Shown here: positions 40,181 to 53,785 of the stretch, piece by piece
Numbering within the stretch: the first letter of the stretch is position 1
Layout of the letters: each line of letters begins with the position of its first letter
NCBI GenBank assembly: GCA_028023455.1
Contig: JAQFVV010000003.1
Location: 29,512,001-29,576,000 of the forward strand
Reading direction: 5' to 3'
Source of the DNA: Epiperipatus broadwayi
Taxonomy: Eukaryota > Animalia > Onychophora
DNA: 64,000 nucleotides
Made by a program: the position numbers and the translations under genes
The notes under the pieces: model-generated
Seen by the model: only the letters and a program-made list of their open reading frames with translations
Told to the model about the DNA's origin: nothing
Databases searched by the model: none

Positions 40181-40317
40181 TAAGTATCATTTTTTAACAA
40201 AAATTATTTACAAAACTATACTCACAACATATTAAGTCGATACACATACAAAAGTAGATTACAAAGAAATCAAGTCATATATCACATGACCTAATTTAAC
40301 AAGCTTGTATTACAAAT

Positions 40318-40420
40318 GTTATATATAGAGCTTGTAAATAAGCTCTTACAAGCTTTGCAGAATACCTGGGGATATTCTGCAAAGCTTGTTAAGAGCTTAT
40401 TTGTGAGCTCTATATATAAC
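40318..40420. repeat. 103 bp palindrome with 47-48 bp arms
   Basis: gttatatatagagcttgtaaataagctcttacaagctttgcagaata / tattctgcaaagcttgttaagagcttatttgtgagctctatatataac, with an 8 nt loop. Confidence 0.9.
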
Positions 40421-41990
40421 AAAAATAGATATCCATTTTATTGCGTAGTAATAAAAAAATGTTTGTCCCATAATTATTTTATTTTTTCCCTATTCAAAAT
40501 CAATTAGCTATGAATGAATTATTCCCTGTATTTAACAAGTTTAAAATACCTCTCAACTTTTCAAATTCAATAATAATTCTAGTTTTAAAATCAAAATAAC
40601 AGAATTTAGTATAAAGAAAACTGGCACTTTGAATCATAATATACACCCGGATATAAATTTTGTTAATTTTATCAAAACTATTAACAAACAAAAGGCAATT
40701 AAATGTGTAGTGTTAAGATTATATAATATTTAGGAAGTAAATTTATATGCACATAAAATTATTACTTTAGAATACAAGTACATGCACCTTTGCAAAAATT
40801 TTTTATTTCACCTAAATTTTTCAGAGATAATTTAAATATAATCCAATAATAGTTATACCATTTTCATATTAAAAAAGTTTTTTAATTTGGTGTTAAGATT
40901 CACTTACATTCTTTTGTTAGCACATATTTTATAATAAAAATTGCAATGACTTTATTATAATTAACAATATGTGATGGAACTTTATAAGATGAGTAATTGG
41001 GCAAGATAAAGCAAGATACATAGCGAGATTTTTTTTTTTAAAAAGCTATAATTTACAACAATAAAGTACATATGTAAATCAACATATGTTTACTATAGAT
41101 GTAGGAAATGTACAGGTAGTAAACTATTGTTATTGATTGTTTAGTTTTGGTTTCTTATGAGACAATGAATCATTGCTAACTCAGCACATACCTGTAGGTA
41201 TATTAAAAATATTTTCAATTCAGCTACGTAACTAATTAATTTATTTACAATTAGTCAAAAATTCTTTAACCAGTAACAATACATTAAATATATTTCTCAT
41301 GTTTGAGTAATCAGAAAATGTTGAATGATACTGCATAATAAATTCTTATTCAATGATTTGCATCCCAACCTAGATTCAGTTTACAGCTTTCATTAGTGAG
41401 AACCTTCAAATCTGGATCTAGTATACTTGAATTTTCAGCATCTAATGCATTTCTCTTCAACTACCATTTACTTTTTTTATTTTTTACTATCAAGCTATCT
41501 GCCGGAAATTCAAAAACACGATATCAGAACTACAGCAGGAGAAATAGATGACTTAAAAAATAAATAAATCTGTAGATAGAGATCATGTGATGTTTTGTTG
41601 ATGCTAATATCTCATATGGTTATAAGTTTTATTCTCAGTACCAAAACGTGTAATAAATATATCTAATGCATATATTGAAACTAGAAGTTGCCCATGTACA
41701 ATTTATTAATATAATACCCAGATCTTTTTGATAAATACATATTTTTATTCCTTTCTTACACTTATATTCAAATCAACAATATACCAAAATTCATGCAAAT
41801 ACAATATACACACCAATTTAAACATGCCAAAAAACCAATTCCATTCTTAGATATGATCAGCAAAATGATGAAGGTGACAAATGAAAATGGACAATAAAAA
41901 AAAAAAACATAAAAACATTTTATTATACAATCAAATTATAAATATTGTAGTAGTAAAAAAAAAAAATATGAAGATGGTCTTCCAATTCAA

Positions 41991-42000
41991 TTTATTTATT
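41991..42000 (-). terminator. Probable distal polyadenylation signal of SPS (AATAAATAAA)
   Basis: Overlapping AATAAA hexamers about 20 nt 3' of the SECIS on the minus strand. AATAAA is common in this AT-rich DNA, so position is the main support. Confidence 0.5.
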
Positions 42001-42021
42001 ATTTTTATCACAATAAGCCTA

Positions 42022-42120
42022 GTCCTGCAATTTTTTAATCAAATAAGACATCATCCAGATAGGTTCTGTTGTTTTCCAGAATTTTCCTGCTCCGGATTCA
42101 TAAATAAATAAAGCAGGAAC
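42022..42120 (-). promoter_or_regulatory. Type II SECIS element in the SPS 3' UTR
   Basis: Minus strand reads A-UGAA (42101-42097), helix II UCCGGAGCAGG, unpaired AAAA (42085-42082), mini-stem UUCUG/CAGAA, return strand CCUAUCUGGA, then UGAU (42053-42050). Outer helix UCCUGC/GCAGGA. Folded by eye. Confidence 0.85.
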
Positions 42121-42660
42121 CTTTCACATCATTGTAAATAACCAAGCATACTTCAAGTTAATATGACCAGATCATGGCAGCTGCTCAATTCTGCCATGCA
42201 GAGATCTATATTAACAGGTAGAATGAGTGCCTAAACATAAAAATATACATACACACACACATAATGAAAATGCAATGATTATCTGAATTAGACAATGTGA
42301 TAAAAAGTGATGAGCTGCAATTTTGTAATTACAATATCCAACTTATATTTCTCCCATAGCAAAGCACAATATCTACATTAAAATCTACTGCTGCAATCGT
42401 ATAAAAAATAGAGAATAAGAACATTTCATTTACACAAAATACACAAGATGAAAACTAAAAAAAATAATAAAAATAAAAGCAGCAGACAGAAAAAGAATTT
42501 CCAATGATTATGTGCAACTGGCTGACTTAAAAAGTTATCAAAAAAATAAAAGTCCTAGATTTAATTCATATATATATATATTTAACACCCTCCCCTCCCC
42601 CCTATTTCTTAATAATCCAAACAGATGTTTAATGAATATCTTTCCTGCCCAGATCAATAG

Positions 42661-42845
42661 CTACCACAGCTCTCCATCTCGTTCCTTGGCTGGCACCTCA
42701 ATGCAGCGCGGCTTATCAATAATACGTGCTGTGCGATTGCCTTTTTCCACAATGCCTATAATCCAAGCCTGGTAACCTTCTTGTTTCTCAATGTCTTTGC
42801 AGTAAGCTGCAGCCTGTTCTCTCGGTAAGCAGATCAGGAGGCCAC
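42661..42845 (-). CDS. SelD: Selenophosphate synthetase last coding exon ([60 protein letters not shown]-stop)
   Basis: Acceptor ttttttatttag at 42846-42847; G|GT completes ETSG-G; TAG stop at 42661-42663. Nearly identical, from memory, to the insect SPS1 C-terminus. Not in the ORF track. Confidence 0.97.
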
Positions 42846-43359
42846 CTAAATAAAAAAATAAAATTTTAAAACTTTACTGTATCTGCGTCTCTATATGTAT
42901 ATTTAAGACAAAACCGTTTTTCATAAGAAAAAAAAAAGATTTTTTTTCTTTCAGGTAGCCATGGTATCTGTCTAATCTTAGTTAAAAGTTAAAATAAGAA
43001 CAGAAAACTATTCAGATCCTGACAATTTGGCAAGCCTAGTAATATTATTTTCACCGTTTCTCTATGGTGGACTCTATACTTCGCAACAGGTTATTTAAAG
43101 ACTTTTTATACATAAAACGCACATGCAAAATATATTTTGGTGGTATTCCAATAAATTCAACAGATTAAATTTAATTATAAAAGCATTTAATTTTTATTAA
43201 AAATGCAATTTTAAAATTGTTATTGCATACAAATTTAATTATATAAATAATATTACTATAATTATGACTCAAAAATGCAATGAATATATTTAATATAGAA
43301 AAAGTGATACATTGGATAAGTTTTTGTTCAAAGAATGGTGGAAATAACAAGTAAATAGA

Positions 43360-43839
43360 ATCAGTAGCAAATTCTCTTTCTCCAGTTACACTATCTAGTA
43401 TAAGCTTGAATAATCAATAGATAAAAATACTTAATAAATTTCTATCCACTGCTATCCCATCCAATAACTCCAGATTACTTTCTAGCTTTTTGTTTTCATC
43501 AGTAAGAAACTTTAGATCTGCTGTACTGCATCTGGAATTTTTGAAATTAATGTGTCTTTCCTCCATCAGCCACCTGTTTTCTACCAACCCAAATTGAAAA
43601 ACATATGTTTTCAATGTAAGCCAACTAGTATGTATAGTTACATACATTTAAAACCAGTTCAGTATCTGGAAGATCCAAAAAATACTCTCAGACTCAAAGG
43701 TCCTCACTGAAAGTCAAAAGCTGAAAAAAAAATAGTTTGGAGATATTGGGTAGGACAGCACTATATAGGCATTTCTATTGATTACTCAAGCTTACACTAG
43801 ATGGCATAACTGAGAAAAAAATGAGAATTTGCTGCTGAT
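43360..43839. mobile_element. About 480 bp MITE-like element with diverged 80-90 bp terminal inverted repeats, in the last SPS intron
   Basis: atcagtagcaaattctc...atctagtataagcttgaataatcaataga mirrors tctattgattactcaagcttacactagat...gagaatttgctgctgat. Confidence 0.7.
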
Positions 43840-45563
43840 CGCCATTATGTATGCTAGGATGATGTGATGGTTTGTTGGTTCCAAGGCAACAGAATATTAT
43901 TAGAGTAAAAATAAAAATTGTCAATGGCAATGTCATTGCTTATCTCCTGTAATATATTTTATTGTAGGATTCAAATTATTAAAATACATACAGCATTAAT
44001 TGAATTTAAAATTACATTTCTTAAAAATAAAATCTATACATACACTAATACATATTATCTAAGAGCTGCTAATCCAAATAATGCAAAAAAATAATTTACA
44101 AAAAACGAATTATCAATAATTTTTATTAGTCATCCATCATACTAACAGGAGGGGGAGGGAGGAGGGGAAAAAAGAGGGCGGGAGAGAAGGAGAAAAGAGT
44201 GTGCATGAGGTGAAGTGAAAATTACATTATAGAAATATTATTCATTTTGAAGTAATTATGTTTTGCGAACAAAATAAAAGTGAAAATCAAAAGACAATTC
44301 TAGTATTAAATTAAACATTAAGATTGTTGGCAACATTATAAGAGATCTAGAATTAAATAAATAATATTTCTCAATTTGAAATACTCAAGATAGTTGAATT
44401 TAAAAACAACAATAAAAGAAGACTATATACATATTGTAGAAATTGTTTTTAAAAATATTAACACTTCAATTTTTAGAAAAGGCAAAATACTAGACTGATT
44501 AGACAATTATAATCTCTTCACTCCCAGATTGCGTTTAATGTAAACACTAGCTGAGTTAATGGATGACACTAAGTACTTATATTTTAGATAAAATGGCCAT
44601 GCTACCAGTATATAATAGATATGACAGGAATTAATATAACTTTGGTTCTGGTTAGTTTGCAAATGAATATCATTTTTTTAAAAGAAAAATGGCTAATCTA
44701 AAGCATCCTTTAAATTAACTGTTATTAGATATTATTATGTTTCTTTTAATTAGAGATTTTATTTTCCTTTCTTCTAAAGTTTCTACCAAATCATTATGAT
44801 GCAGTACTACTTTAAATTTGTCTCTGAACTCAAACTTTAGTCTTAGAATGATATCCAATCATTTTCTATACTATGCAGCTATTCTGTTGAATATTGTACA
44901 GAACTATTATATTGTAATTCATAATATAATATTACATATAATAATTATTTCACTGAATGCAATTCTTTTAATTCAGACAAAGCCAATTTCTTCATTATTT
45001 TGAAAACCAATCACAAATGATAAAGAATCTTAAAAATTCATAATAAAAAGAGAGGAAAAAAACTCCTTGATTTTTAGAAAATTTATAATGCATTTAGATT
45101 TTTTCTGGAAAGTTACACCAAAATAGTTTTACATAATTAGAATAAACTGATAGTATGGAAAACGATCTAATTTGCAACCTCAAAAAATATAGAATAATTA
45201 CTCAAACAAATAGTATATTTTTACTTTTTATTAGTAAGATATATATCAAGAGATGTAGATATACTATAAAGTTCATTAAGTACTTCTAGATCTGTACAAA
45301 AAAGTAATTGCAGTCTATAATTTGTGAAATCAAAATTTGTTTCTTTTTAAAAAACATTTGCACATGATGATAATCACATTGATTTTCTCTTCATTATATA
45401 CCATATAAAAAAATCTATGTGCTAAATATAAAAAAAATCTCCCTGATAAATTAAAAAACTTAAGGATAAGTAAAAAAAAAAATCCTTAATCCATTTATCA
45501 GTTTACTCAAAGTTTGATAAAAAGTTAACACTGATATGAAAATCTTTTATGATTTTCAATATA

Positions 45564-46476
45564 CACCTGGATCTCGTTTTATGCGGATTATTTTAATGCG
45601 ATTTTGAAGTTATGCGATTTATATTTCTTCTTAATATCTTTCATATTTCACTATATTTATTAGATATCAAAAAATTTAAGTTATTAATAACTTATTTTGA
45701 CTTGAAATACTTTTTTTTTCTTTCAAAAATATAACATTATATTAGCTATATTAGCAGCTAACGTGAATATGGCCTGAAGCTGTATTTAGAATATTAGCTT
45801 CTATGTAAATAACCTACTTATACTAATGAGTAAATAATAATAGATTTATATTTACAGATAAAAATATCGCAATAAATATTCAAAAATTTTAAACTTTTAA
45901 AACGTATTTTGTTAATTATAACAGAAATAAATAATTTTTTAGATTTTTAAAATAAATAATAACGAAGATTTTATAAACTGAAAATACTCTTTCCAATGGT
46001 AATCTATAATCTTTTTGTTTTGATTACGATCTCATTTTTTTAATATAGGAACAAAAAATCATTAACACAGCTCAAGACTAAAAGTGGCGCTAATTGTATG
46101 TCACACGACGAATCTGATTTCTTAACAGTTCACATCGAACGCATATTGTCAAATAGCCAAATAACCGCTAATGATTAAAATATGTATGAAAAAATGTAAA
46201 ATTAAATACTGTAGTTAATAAAAAAAGTAAAAAAAATTTGTCTTATATTATTTTTTTTTTCAAATATTTGAAATTTTTTATTAGTCATACTTTATTTCCT
46301 TATTTTTTTAATGCGAATTTTAAGTAATTTTTCCTTCTTGCTTTGCTTTTATGCGATTTCTGAAAATTACAACCCCTATCCCCATTTTTCAAGGTAAGTT
46401 AAGTCTATTTATGTGCGATTTCTTTTGTGCGCGATTTCTGAGGAATCTATCTACCGCATAAAATGAGACCCAGGTG
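45564..46476. mobile_element. Non-autonomous Tc1/mariner-pogo (Tigger-like) element
   Basis: TIRs CACCTGGATCTCGTTTTATGCGG / CCGCATAAAATGAGACCCAGGTG, TA duplication at 45562-45563 and 46477-46478, repeated atgcgatt subterminal motifs. Confidence 0.85.
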
Positions 46477-49331
46477 TAATTCGGATGAAGTAAAATTTTT
46501 AAAAGATTTATCTATTTGCTTCTTGAATTTATACATTTTTTTTGTTTAAAAAAAATCAAATGGTTAAAAGAAATTGAAAATTCATAATCGCAATAAAATT
46601 TAGTTTTTTAAACAGTTGTAATGATAGATTAAGTGTGAACACGAGAAGCACAATCTATTCAAATCCACACCTGTGATATCACTCATTTTTACAAATGCTT
46701 TTGTTTAATTAAAGATAGATATCAAAATTTTATTTTTAACAACAGGCAAATAATTTAAGTGTAATGGTTGAAGAATTTATTACAAAAATTTCAATTACAT
46801 TTTTAGGGTTTTAAAACTGCTTCATAAGTTTTCCAGTCAATTTCAGTTTAAAATTTCAAATCTTATCACAAAGATTGTTATTATTAAAAAAAAATAAGGG
46901 ATCAGAAAATCATTCACTTATTTTATAAAATACAAATTAACTAAAATTAATAGAAGTACTAAGGCATAAAGATGTATATAAGTGTATTAAAAAGTTTGGG
47001 TCATTTAAATAGAAATTTCAAAAATGTTACTAATTTTCAATTCAATGTATTCTTGTGAATCAATATAATTAAGACGCAACACGGATATCAAACTCTGAAA
47101 ATAAATTAAAAATCTTAATAAAGTAACTCTGAAAATAAAACAAATTTTGATAATTTTGTCAAAAACAATTTTAAATGAAATGATTAAGATATTTTTTAAA
47201 GCTGTCTTTTTTGTACTAATACAAAATGAAATATTTAATCAAAGTTGTTTAAGATATGAAAATATTAAAAGTATTGCAATTAATGTAATAATTTACGAAG
47301 GGGGTGGGGATCTAAACTAATATTCCTGCTCTTTATTTTAATCAAATAATTTTTTTTGCAAAATATGGCAACAAACTGTATTTCTTATTGATTACAAATG
47401 GCTATCAAAAGTAAATAAGTGTCTGCCCCTATTCTAAAAGAATCACTAATAAACAAAAACATAGGACTATTCAGAAGAATGAGTTTTAGTTGCAATTCTG
47501 ATCTTCATGAGTCATATTCATAATATTATGCCTATGCAAAATGCTGCTTTATTATAAATAAATTTACTTTCATTTGATATCTCTTTTATTGTTTAGTTAA
47601 AAGTCTTGATTTTCAGAAAATTTTTCAAATTTTTACTTTTAATTTTTTTATTTTGCACTATTTCTGCAGAAATTGTTAAATTTTTATTTTTTTTAAATGT
47701 CCCCTTTCATCCATCCTTCCAATTCCCCCATTTAATCTGAATATAAGTCATTCTACAAAGTTTTTAAACATTGTTCGTGATCAATCATATGATGCAGTAT
47801 TTATTTCTATTATACTGTAAACAATTCAGTCATTTTAGTGAAAATACTAGTGTTCATAATTTCTTCTTTACGATAGAATATATATAATATATTCTAATCA
47901 TCTTTGTGATTACTATTAATTGTACGATCTTGCTCTGAACTTCATTCTCATTATAATTTTATTTGAATAATCTTCAAATAAAATGTAGATAATTTTAAAT
48001 AAAATTCTTGTAAGTTTAAATACATATTCCCTCTAATCAATGTTTTAATATAAAGAAGTGCTTTAATACATGTATTTGTAATGGATCCTAAATGTGTGGA
48101 TTATATTTTATTTTTGTTTAATGTACTTAGATTTCCCATTTATCGATGTGTAAATATTTACATCAAATTTTCAAGCTAAATAAAAGTTACATGTACTGGT
48201 CCTTAATTTGTTGAAAAATGAGCCATGCTAGTATAATTAATAAAACAGATGATAATAATTACATGATAGTAATTAAAATAGTAATGAAAAGTGTACCTGT
48301 AATTCATTTCCTATTTAAAAGTTTTTTAAAATGTAAAACAATGACTTATTTATTATACATATTGGTTGTGATTTCTATTGTTTAAACATTGAGTATATAT
48401 AAACATATCATAATTAGTGGTAATTGTACAATGAGTATGGCTATTTTAAATCCAAGAATAAATAAATAAATAAATTGTGTACTGACTATACAAACTAATG
48501 CATAAAATATAAATACATCCATATACAACATATGTAGAATATTTGGTTATTTGATATCTTATGATATTACCATTTAACTTTCAGCAATCAACTTTTCTTC
48601 CTGAAAGAAATTAACAATTTGCCTAAGTGCATAATTCTCTCTATTGCATTCTATATTACTAATGAAAGCAATCAATATTGGAAAATTCTGACTTTTTAAC
48701 CTGGATTATCTTTTATAACAGGAGTGGAGAATATGTCAATCATGGTTCAAATGCTGCAACCAAACTGATAAAAGCCAATAATGTAAATCACATTTCTGTT
48801 CTGAAGACTATTCATTATGATCCATTCAAATAAAATCTGTAAAAGCACTATTATTGTAAAGCATTACATAGATATTCCACAATTATTGCTGCAATGCTTC
48901 TAGTATTTATAAATTGGATCAATAAATATATCTTGAGATATGTGGCACTTTCCTAAGACTATATATATTCTAAAATGTTTCAATAGTTTTGAAACTAAAA
49001 TCCATATAAATATCCCATTATCTTTTACATTTTTAGGATTACAAATAGCTGTTTTAATTATGAGATGATAAATGCAAACTCCGGAGCTAAAGTCTCCACG
49101 ATCTTAACTCACCTCTGTCTCTTCCGGTATTCAAATTTAAAATCTCGAGTATTAATCATTCATTTATTTTTTTAAAATCTGAATTATTATATCATTCAAA
49201 AGATGATCAAAGAATTCTCTCCATGTGCTCAAAATTAATCAATTTAATATTAATAGCATTATGATATAGTTTTACAGGTCTATATGGTACTTTCAACACA
49301 TCAAAAAGAAAAGACAGATGTATCAACTAAC

Positions 49332-49544
49332 CTGATGTTTCTGCAGAAAGCCCTTGAAGCAATCCAAACATTGTGCCACAAGCCTTAGCCACGGCGGCCA
49401 TCTTGGCAATGACTGGTAAGTTGTGGATGACAAATGACACTTCATTTTTCTGATTACGTGCAAGATTTTGTGCATGCCCAAGGAGCCCAAAACCTGTAAT
49501 GTCTGTGGCTCCATGAGCATTATATTTATGCATCAAACGGGCAG
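49332..49544 (-). CDS. SelD: Selenophosphate synthetase exon ([70 protein letters not shown])
   Basis: Acceptor ttttatctttcag at 49545-49546 and donor gttagt at 49331. 213 nt, phase 1 on both sides. Contains the [11 protein letters not shown] and ETSGG motifs of the SelD family. Confidence 0.97.
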
Positions 49545-50399
49545 CTGAAAGATAAAAAAAAAAATCATGAGTAAACACTATTTTTAGAAATTATACACTT
49601 AATCAATCTGGGTATTGTATTTTATTTAGATACTTATTTTTGATACTCCATATAAAATTAAATACATACAATTCTATATACATTTATTTATGATATCTTA
49701 CAATTCAATTATTGAAGTTAACACATCAAAGTCTATATTTTTTATATTTACTAGTATAGTTCATATATATATAGTAATATATAAAATTTTAAATACAAGT
49801 ATATTTTATATACCTGGAGTCTAGAGGCAATGTAGAGAATTTGAATACAGACCAATTGATGAGTGCTGGTTCAGCACAAAATACATATACTGGAGATCAT
49901 TTATCTTTTTCACACATATGTGATCATGTGTATCCATTGAATGAGATAGAGTGGATGTCTGAAAAGAGATTGGAAGTCTGTGCTCAAATCCCCATATTAC
50001 ATGTAAAGCTGCAGAAAGGAATTTGTTGTTAACTGAAAGGAAACCTTTTGATTCTTCTTGGAAGTCTTACAGGAACGGAGTAGGACAAATTCCTAATGTC
50101 CACTCCATACGTTCTTGTTGCAGCTGTTATTACTATGGGATAATTCATATAGTATATGAACATGGATGGGCTACTCACCAACATGCCTTAGTCAGCATGG
50201 TGAGTTTATTGGCTTTTTACCTCAGAGTTTAAAACCAAGAAACACCATGGTCTTTCTTCTTAGTTGCTTGATAGTTCTTAGCTGAAATATCAGTTGAGTT
50301 TTCTTGAAGGCATAATGAATTTATTTCGTCTAATATTTATTTAAAATCATGACAGACAAAAATAAATTATGGCACTTACTCTCAGAAAGTTGTAAAGTT

Positions 50400-52867
50400 G
50401 TCAGCCAAGGCAGCAGTAGATAGCCGAAGGCAGACGATGCTAAGAATCTCCTAATTGCAGACACAAACTACCATTTAATGCAGATCACTTTCAAATGAAG
50501 GAAGATTGCAAGAAATGGAAGAGCTGTCTCATATTAAATGGGACATTATTGGACTTTGTGAAGTTAGAAAAAAAAGTTTTAAGAGGCAATTGATTTAAAA
50601 AGTGGACATGTACTGTATTACAAGGAACAAACATTGGAAATACAAGTGGAGTAGGATTCAATATAAATAAAAAGTGGAAGAACAACATTGTAGAGATTGA
50701 TGATGTATCTGACAGAGTGGCAAGATTTATGCTCCAACAAGTTGTCATTGTGATGAAGTAGAGGAATTTTATACGGATATACAAAAAGCTTTTGATTAAA
50801 CTAAATATTTTAAAATTGTCACGGGAGACTTTAATGCTAGAATTGGTAAACAATTGAAAGATGAAAGTGCTGTAGATAAATTTGGTTACAGTGACAGAAA
50901 TGAGAGGACATAGACTTGTGGAGTTTGCAGAAAAAGAAAAACTTTATATTATGAATTCTTTTTTTGAGAAAAATGTTAAACATCGAATGAGGGTACAACA
51001 GAATTGGATTATATTTTGATTAACAGAAAATATGTATTTCAAGATTGTAATGTTCTTAATAAATTCAATGCAGGAGTTAATGCAAAACTAGAGAGACAAA
51101 AATTATTAAGAAAAACAATATACATAGTTGATATTCCTCATCTTCAGAAACATTCCAATGAATTTAGATTAAAACTTGCAAATCATTTACAAATATTAAC
51201 AGATTTTGAACATGATTCAGATTTGAATGAAATCAATAGAAAAATAACTCATACAATTTTAAAAACTACAATAAAGATAGCTAGTACAAAAAAGCAGCAA
51301 TTGGCCAATAAAATTTCTTCTGAGACAAAACAATTTATGAAGAAGGGAAAAAGCTCCAAGTAATGATGAAATTGTAATTGATATCTTAAAAGAAACAGGT
51401 AAAGAAATGAAAATTTTTTTAGCAAAATTAATATTGAGTGTCTAAATGATAAAGATGTATCAGATGATTGGAAGAATGCAGTATTAATATTAATATTTAG
51501 AAAGGGTGATAAAGAAGATAGTAGAAATTACAGACTTATCAGTCTTTTATCAGTTCTACACAAAATTTTTACCAAAATAATTACAACATGTCTATAGCAA
51601 ATTTTGGATTTTAACCAACCAAAAAAAAACATGCTGAATTTAAAAATGGTTTTAGTATATTGGATCATGTCCAAGTATTGAAAGAAATTATAGAAAGGAC
51701 CAATGAATATGAGTTGACATTATGTTTTGGATTTGTAGATTATGAAAAGGCATATGATTCTATAAGCATTTCTTCAGTGATTATAGCATGAGATTGTCAG
51801 AATATAAACCTCGGATATATTCTGACAAATATTTATAAAAATGCAGCAGCAACAATTAGATTACATAATGATACTAAAAAAATTAACATTGAGAATGATG
51901 TACAACAAGATGACTCTATATCTCCGAAACTTTTCATAATAGTTTGCAACAAGTATTTTGTGGATTAAAATGGGAAGCTATGAGAATAAAAAGTAAATGG
52001 AGATTATTTAAGTCATCTAGATTTTGCAGATGATGTAATTGTTTTTGTAAATAATGCTTTAGAGCTTCAGGGAATGTTGCAGGAGTTATCAGATGAAAGT
52101 AAAAAAATAGGATTAAAAATAAATGTTAAATAGAATAAAGTAAATTGAGTTTCTGAAAAGATGGAAATAAATATTGATATTGATGAGTTAATTCAATACA
52201 CTCTCTCATCACAAAATCTTATAAAATCACTTGAGTAAGTTCTTGCACTTCATGGTTTGAATCTTAGAAGTTAACAACAACAAATATCTTGGTCAAACTA
52301 TTACCACAAATGGAAACATAATGGATAAAATTAATTATAGAATTAAGCTTGGTTGGAATGCTTTTGGTAGAAAAAAATTAATATTAAATGGAAATATATG
52401 CCTATGTGCTTGAAAAGGAAGGTTTTTAATAAACGTGTTTTACCAGTTCTTACTTATGGATCTGAGACTTGGACAGTTAACTGAAGAGCAATATAGAGAC
52501 TTCAGACTACTCAACGAAGTATGGAGAGATGCATGTTAAAAATAACAAGAAGAGATCAAAAACAAAATACATGGTTGAGAGAAAAACAGGTATTATTGAC
52601 ATCATTGAAAGAATTGATAGAGTGAATTGGAGTTGGACTGGACATATTGCTAGAAGAGACGATAATGGATGGACAGTTGAAATCTTAAACTGGATTCCAA
52701 GAGATTGTGAACGACTTAAAAAAAAAGATCACACATGAGTGGATAAATGAAATAAGTATGCTGGAGTGATGTATAGAAGAAAGGCTAGAAGTCGGATAAG
52801 ATAGATTGAACTTTGAGAGACCTTCATCCTGCAGTGGATCAATAATGATTGAAAATGATGATGATGA
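50400..52867 (+). mobile_element. Near full-length decayed RTE-clade LINE, antisense within an SPS intron (5' UTR may extend to about 49810)
   Basis: EN HIKWDIIGLCEVRK near 50530, GDFNARIG near 50825, LDYILIN at 51004, RT KGDKEDSRNYRLISLLS near 51500, FVDYEKAYDSI, DFADDVIVF near 52025, PVLTYGSETW, WSWTGHIAR, and a 3' end ATCCTGCAGTGGAT...(TGA)n. Confidence 0.9.
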
Positions 52868-53785
52868 ATATATATAAAAGTTATAATTATTCTTTTACTA
52901 AAATCTCTAAATGTTACAAATATTTAAAACTACTGAAGTATAAATATTTATAGTTTTGCACCTTATACAAAAATTGGCTACTTAAATATGTTTGAATGTT
53001 ATTTGCATTGCTGGTTAGTAGTATTTAACTACATACATTCTTAATTATCTTTATATCCTAATTATTACACAGATTGTAACTAATTTAATATGCTATGCAG
53101 ATACAATAGACAAGCAAACAAATGAATGGATTGGGAGGAAAATGGGGGCAATGTAGTCATGCCATATTAGGATAAAGCAAATTTATTTTAACAATTTTGT
53201 ATCAATTTGAAGTTTATTTTATCATTGGACATGCAAGATTTCTATATTCATCGTGAGACAATTGGTTATTACCTATTTGGATAGAAAAAGAAAGATGTAC
53301 TAAATATATGGAATGGCTAAGATGGAAAAAAAAATGTCCGCTACGTATTTGATTATGATTTAAGTTTAATTTACACGTTCGTTTTACTCCATAGAAAGAG
53401 CAAATTCTCCTCTACTTTAAAATTTGAGAATGGAAAGAGGATTAGTGACATTTAATATACATTAAGATAAGTAATGAGAAAAGATATATTTTAAGTCTAT
53501 TACTTTATTTTTCCCCTATTCTACTGCTATCATCTATTTAAGGTTAAGTAATCAATATATACTAGATGGTAATGAAATTAAATCCATGTCCGCAAATTAT
53601 TTCTGGCTTATGACTTTTATTAATAAGAAACTTAAGTAATGCATCTAGTATCATTTGATTAATCAACCTTACAATAAATGGCAGCAAAGGAGTAGGAAAA
53701 AAAAAAGTCTGCTTATAAAGCATTGTGTAAATAGGGGATCAAATGAAATTTCTGCTAGAGCACTATATGATAATGTGTAGCAATA

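Noticed and set aside
44145-44200. G/A-rich tract, possible G-quadruplex
   Set aside because: Simple polypurine low-complexity sequence on the non-coding strand with irregular G-runs.
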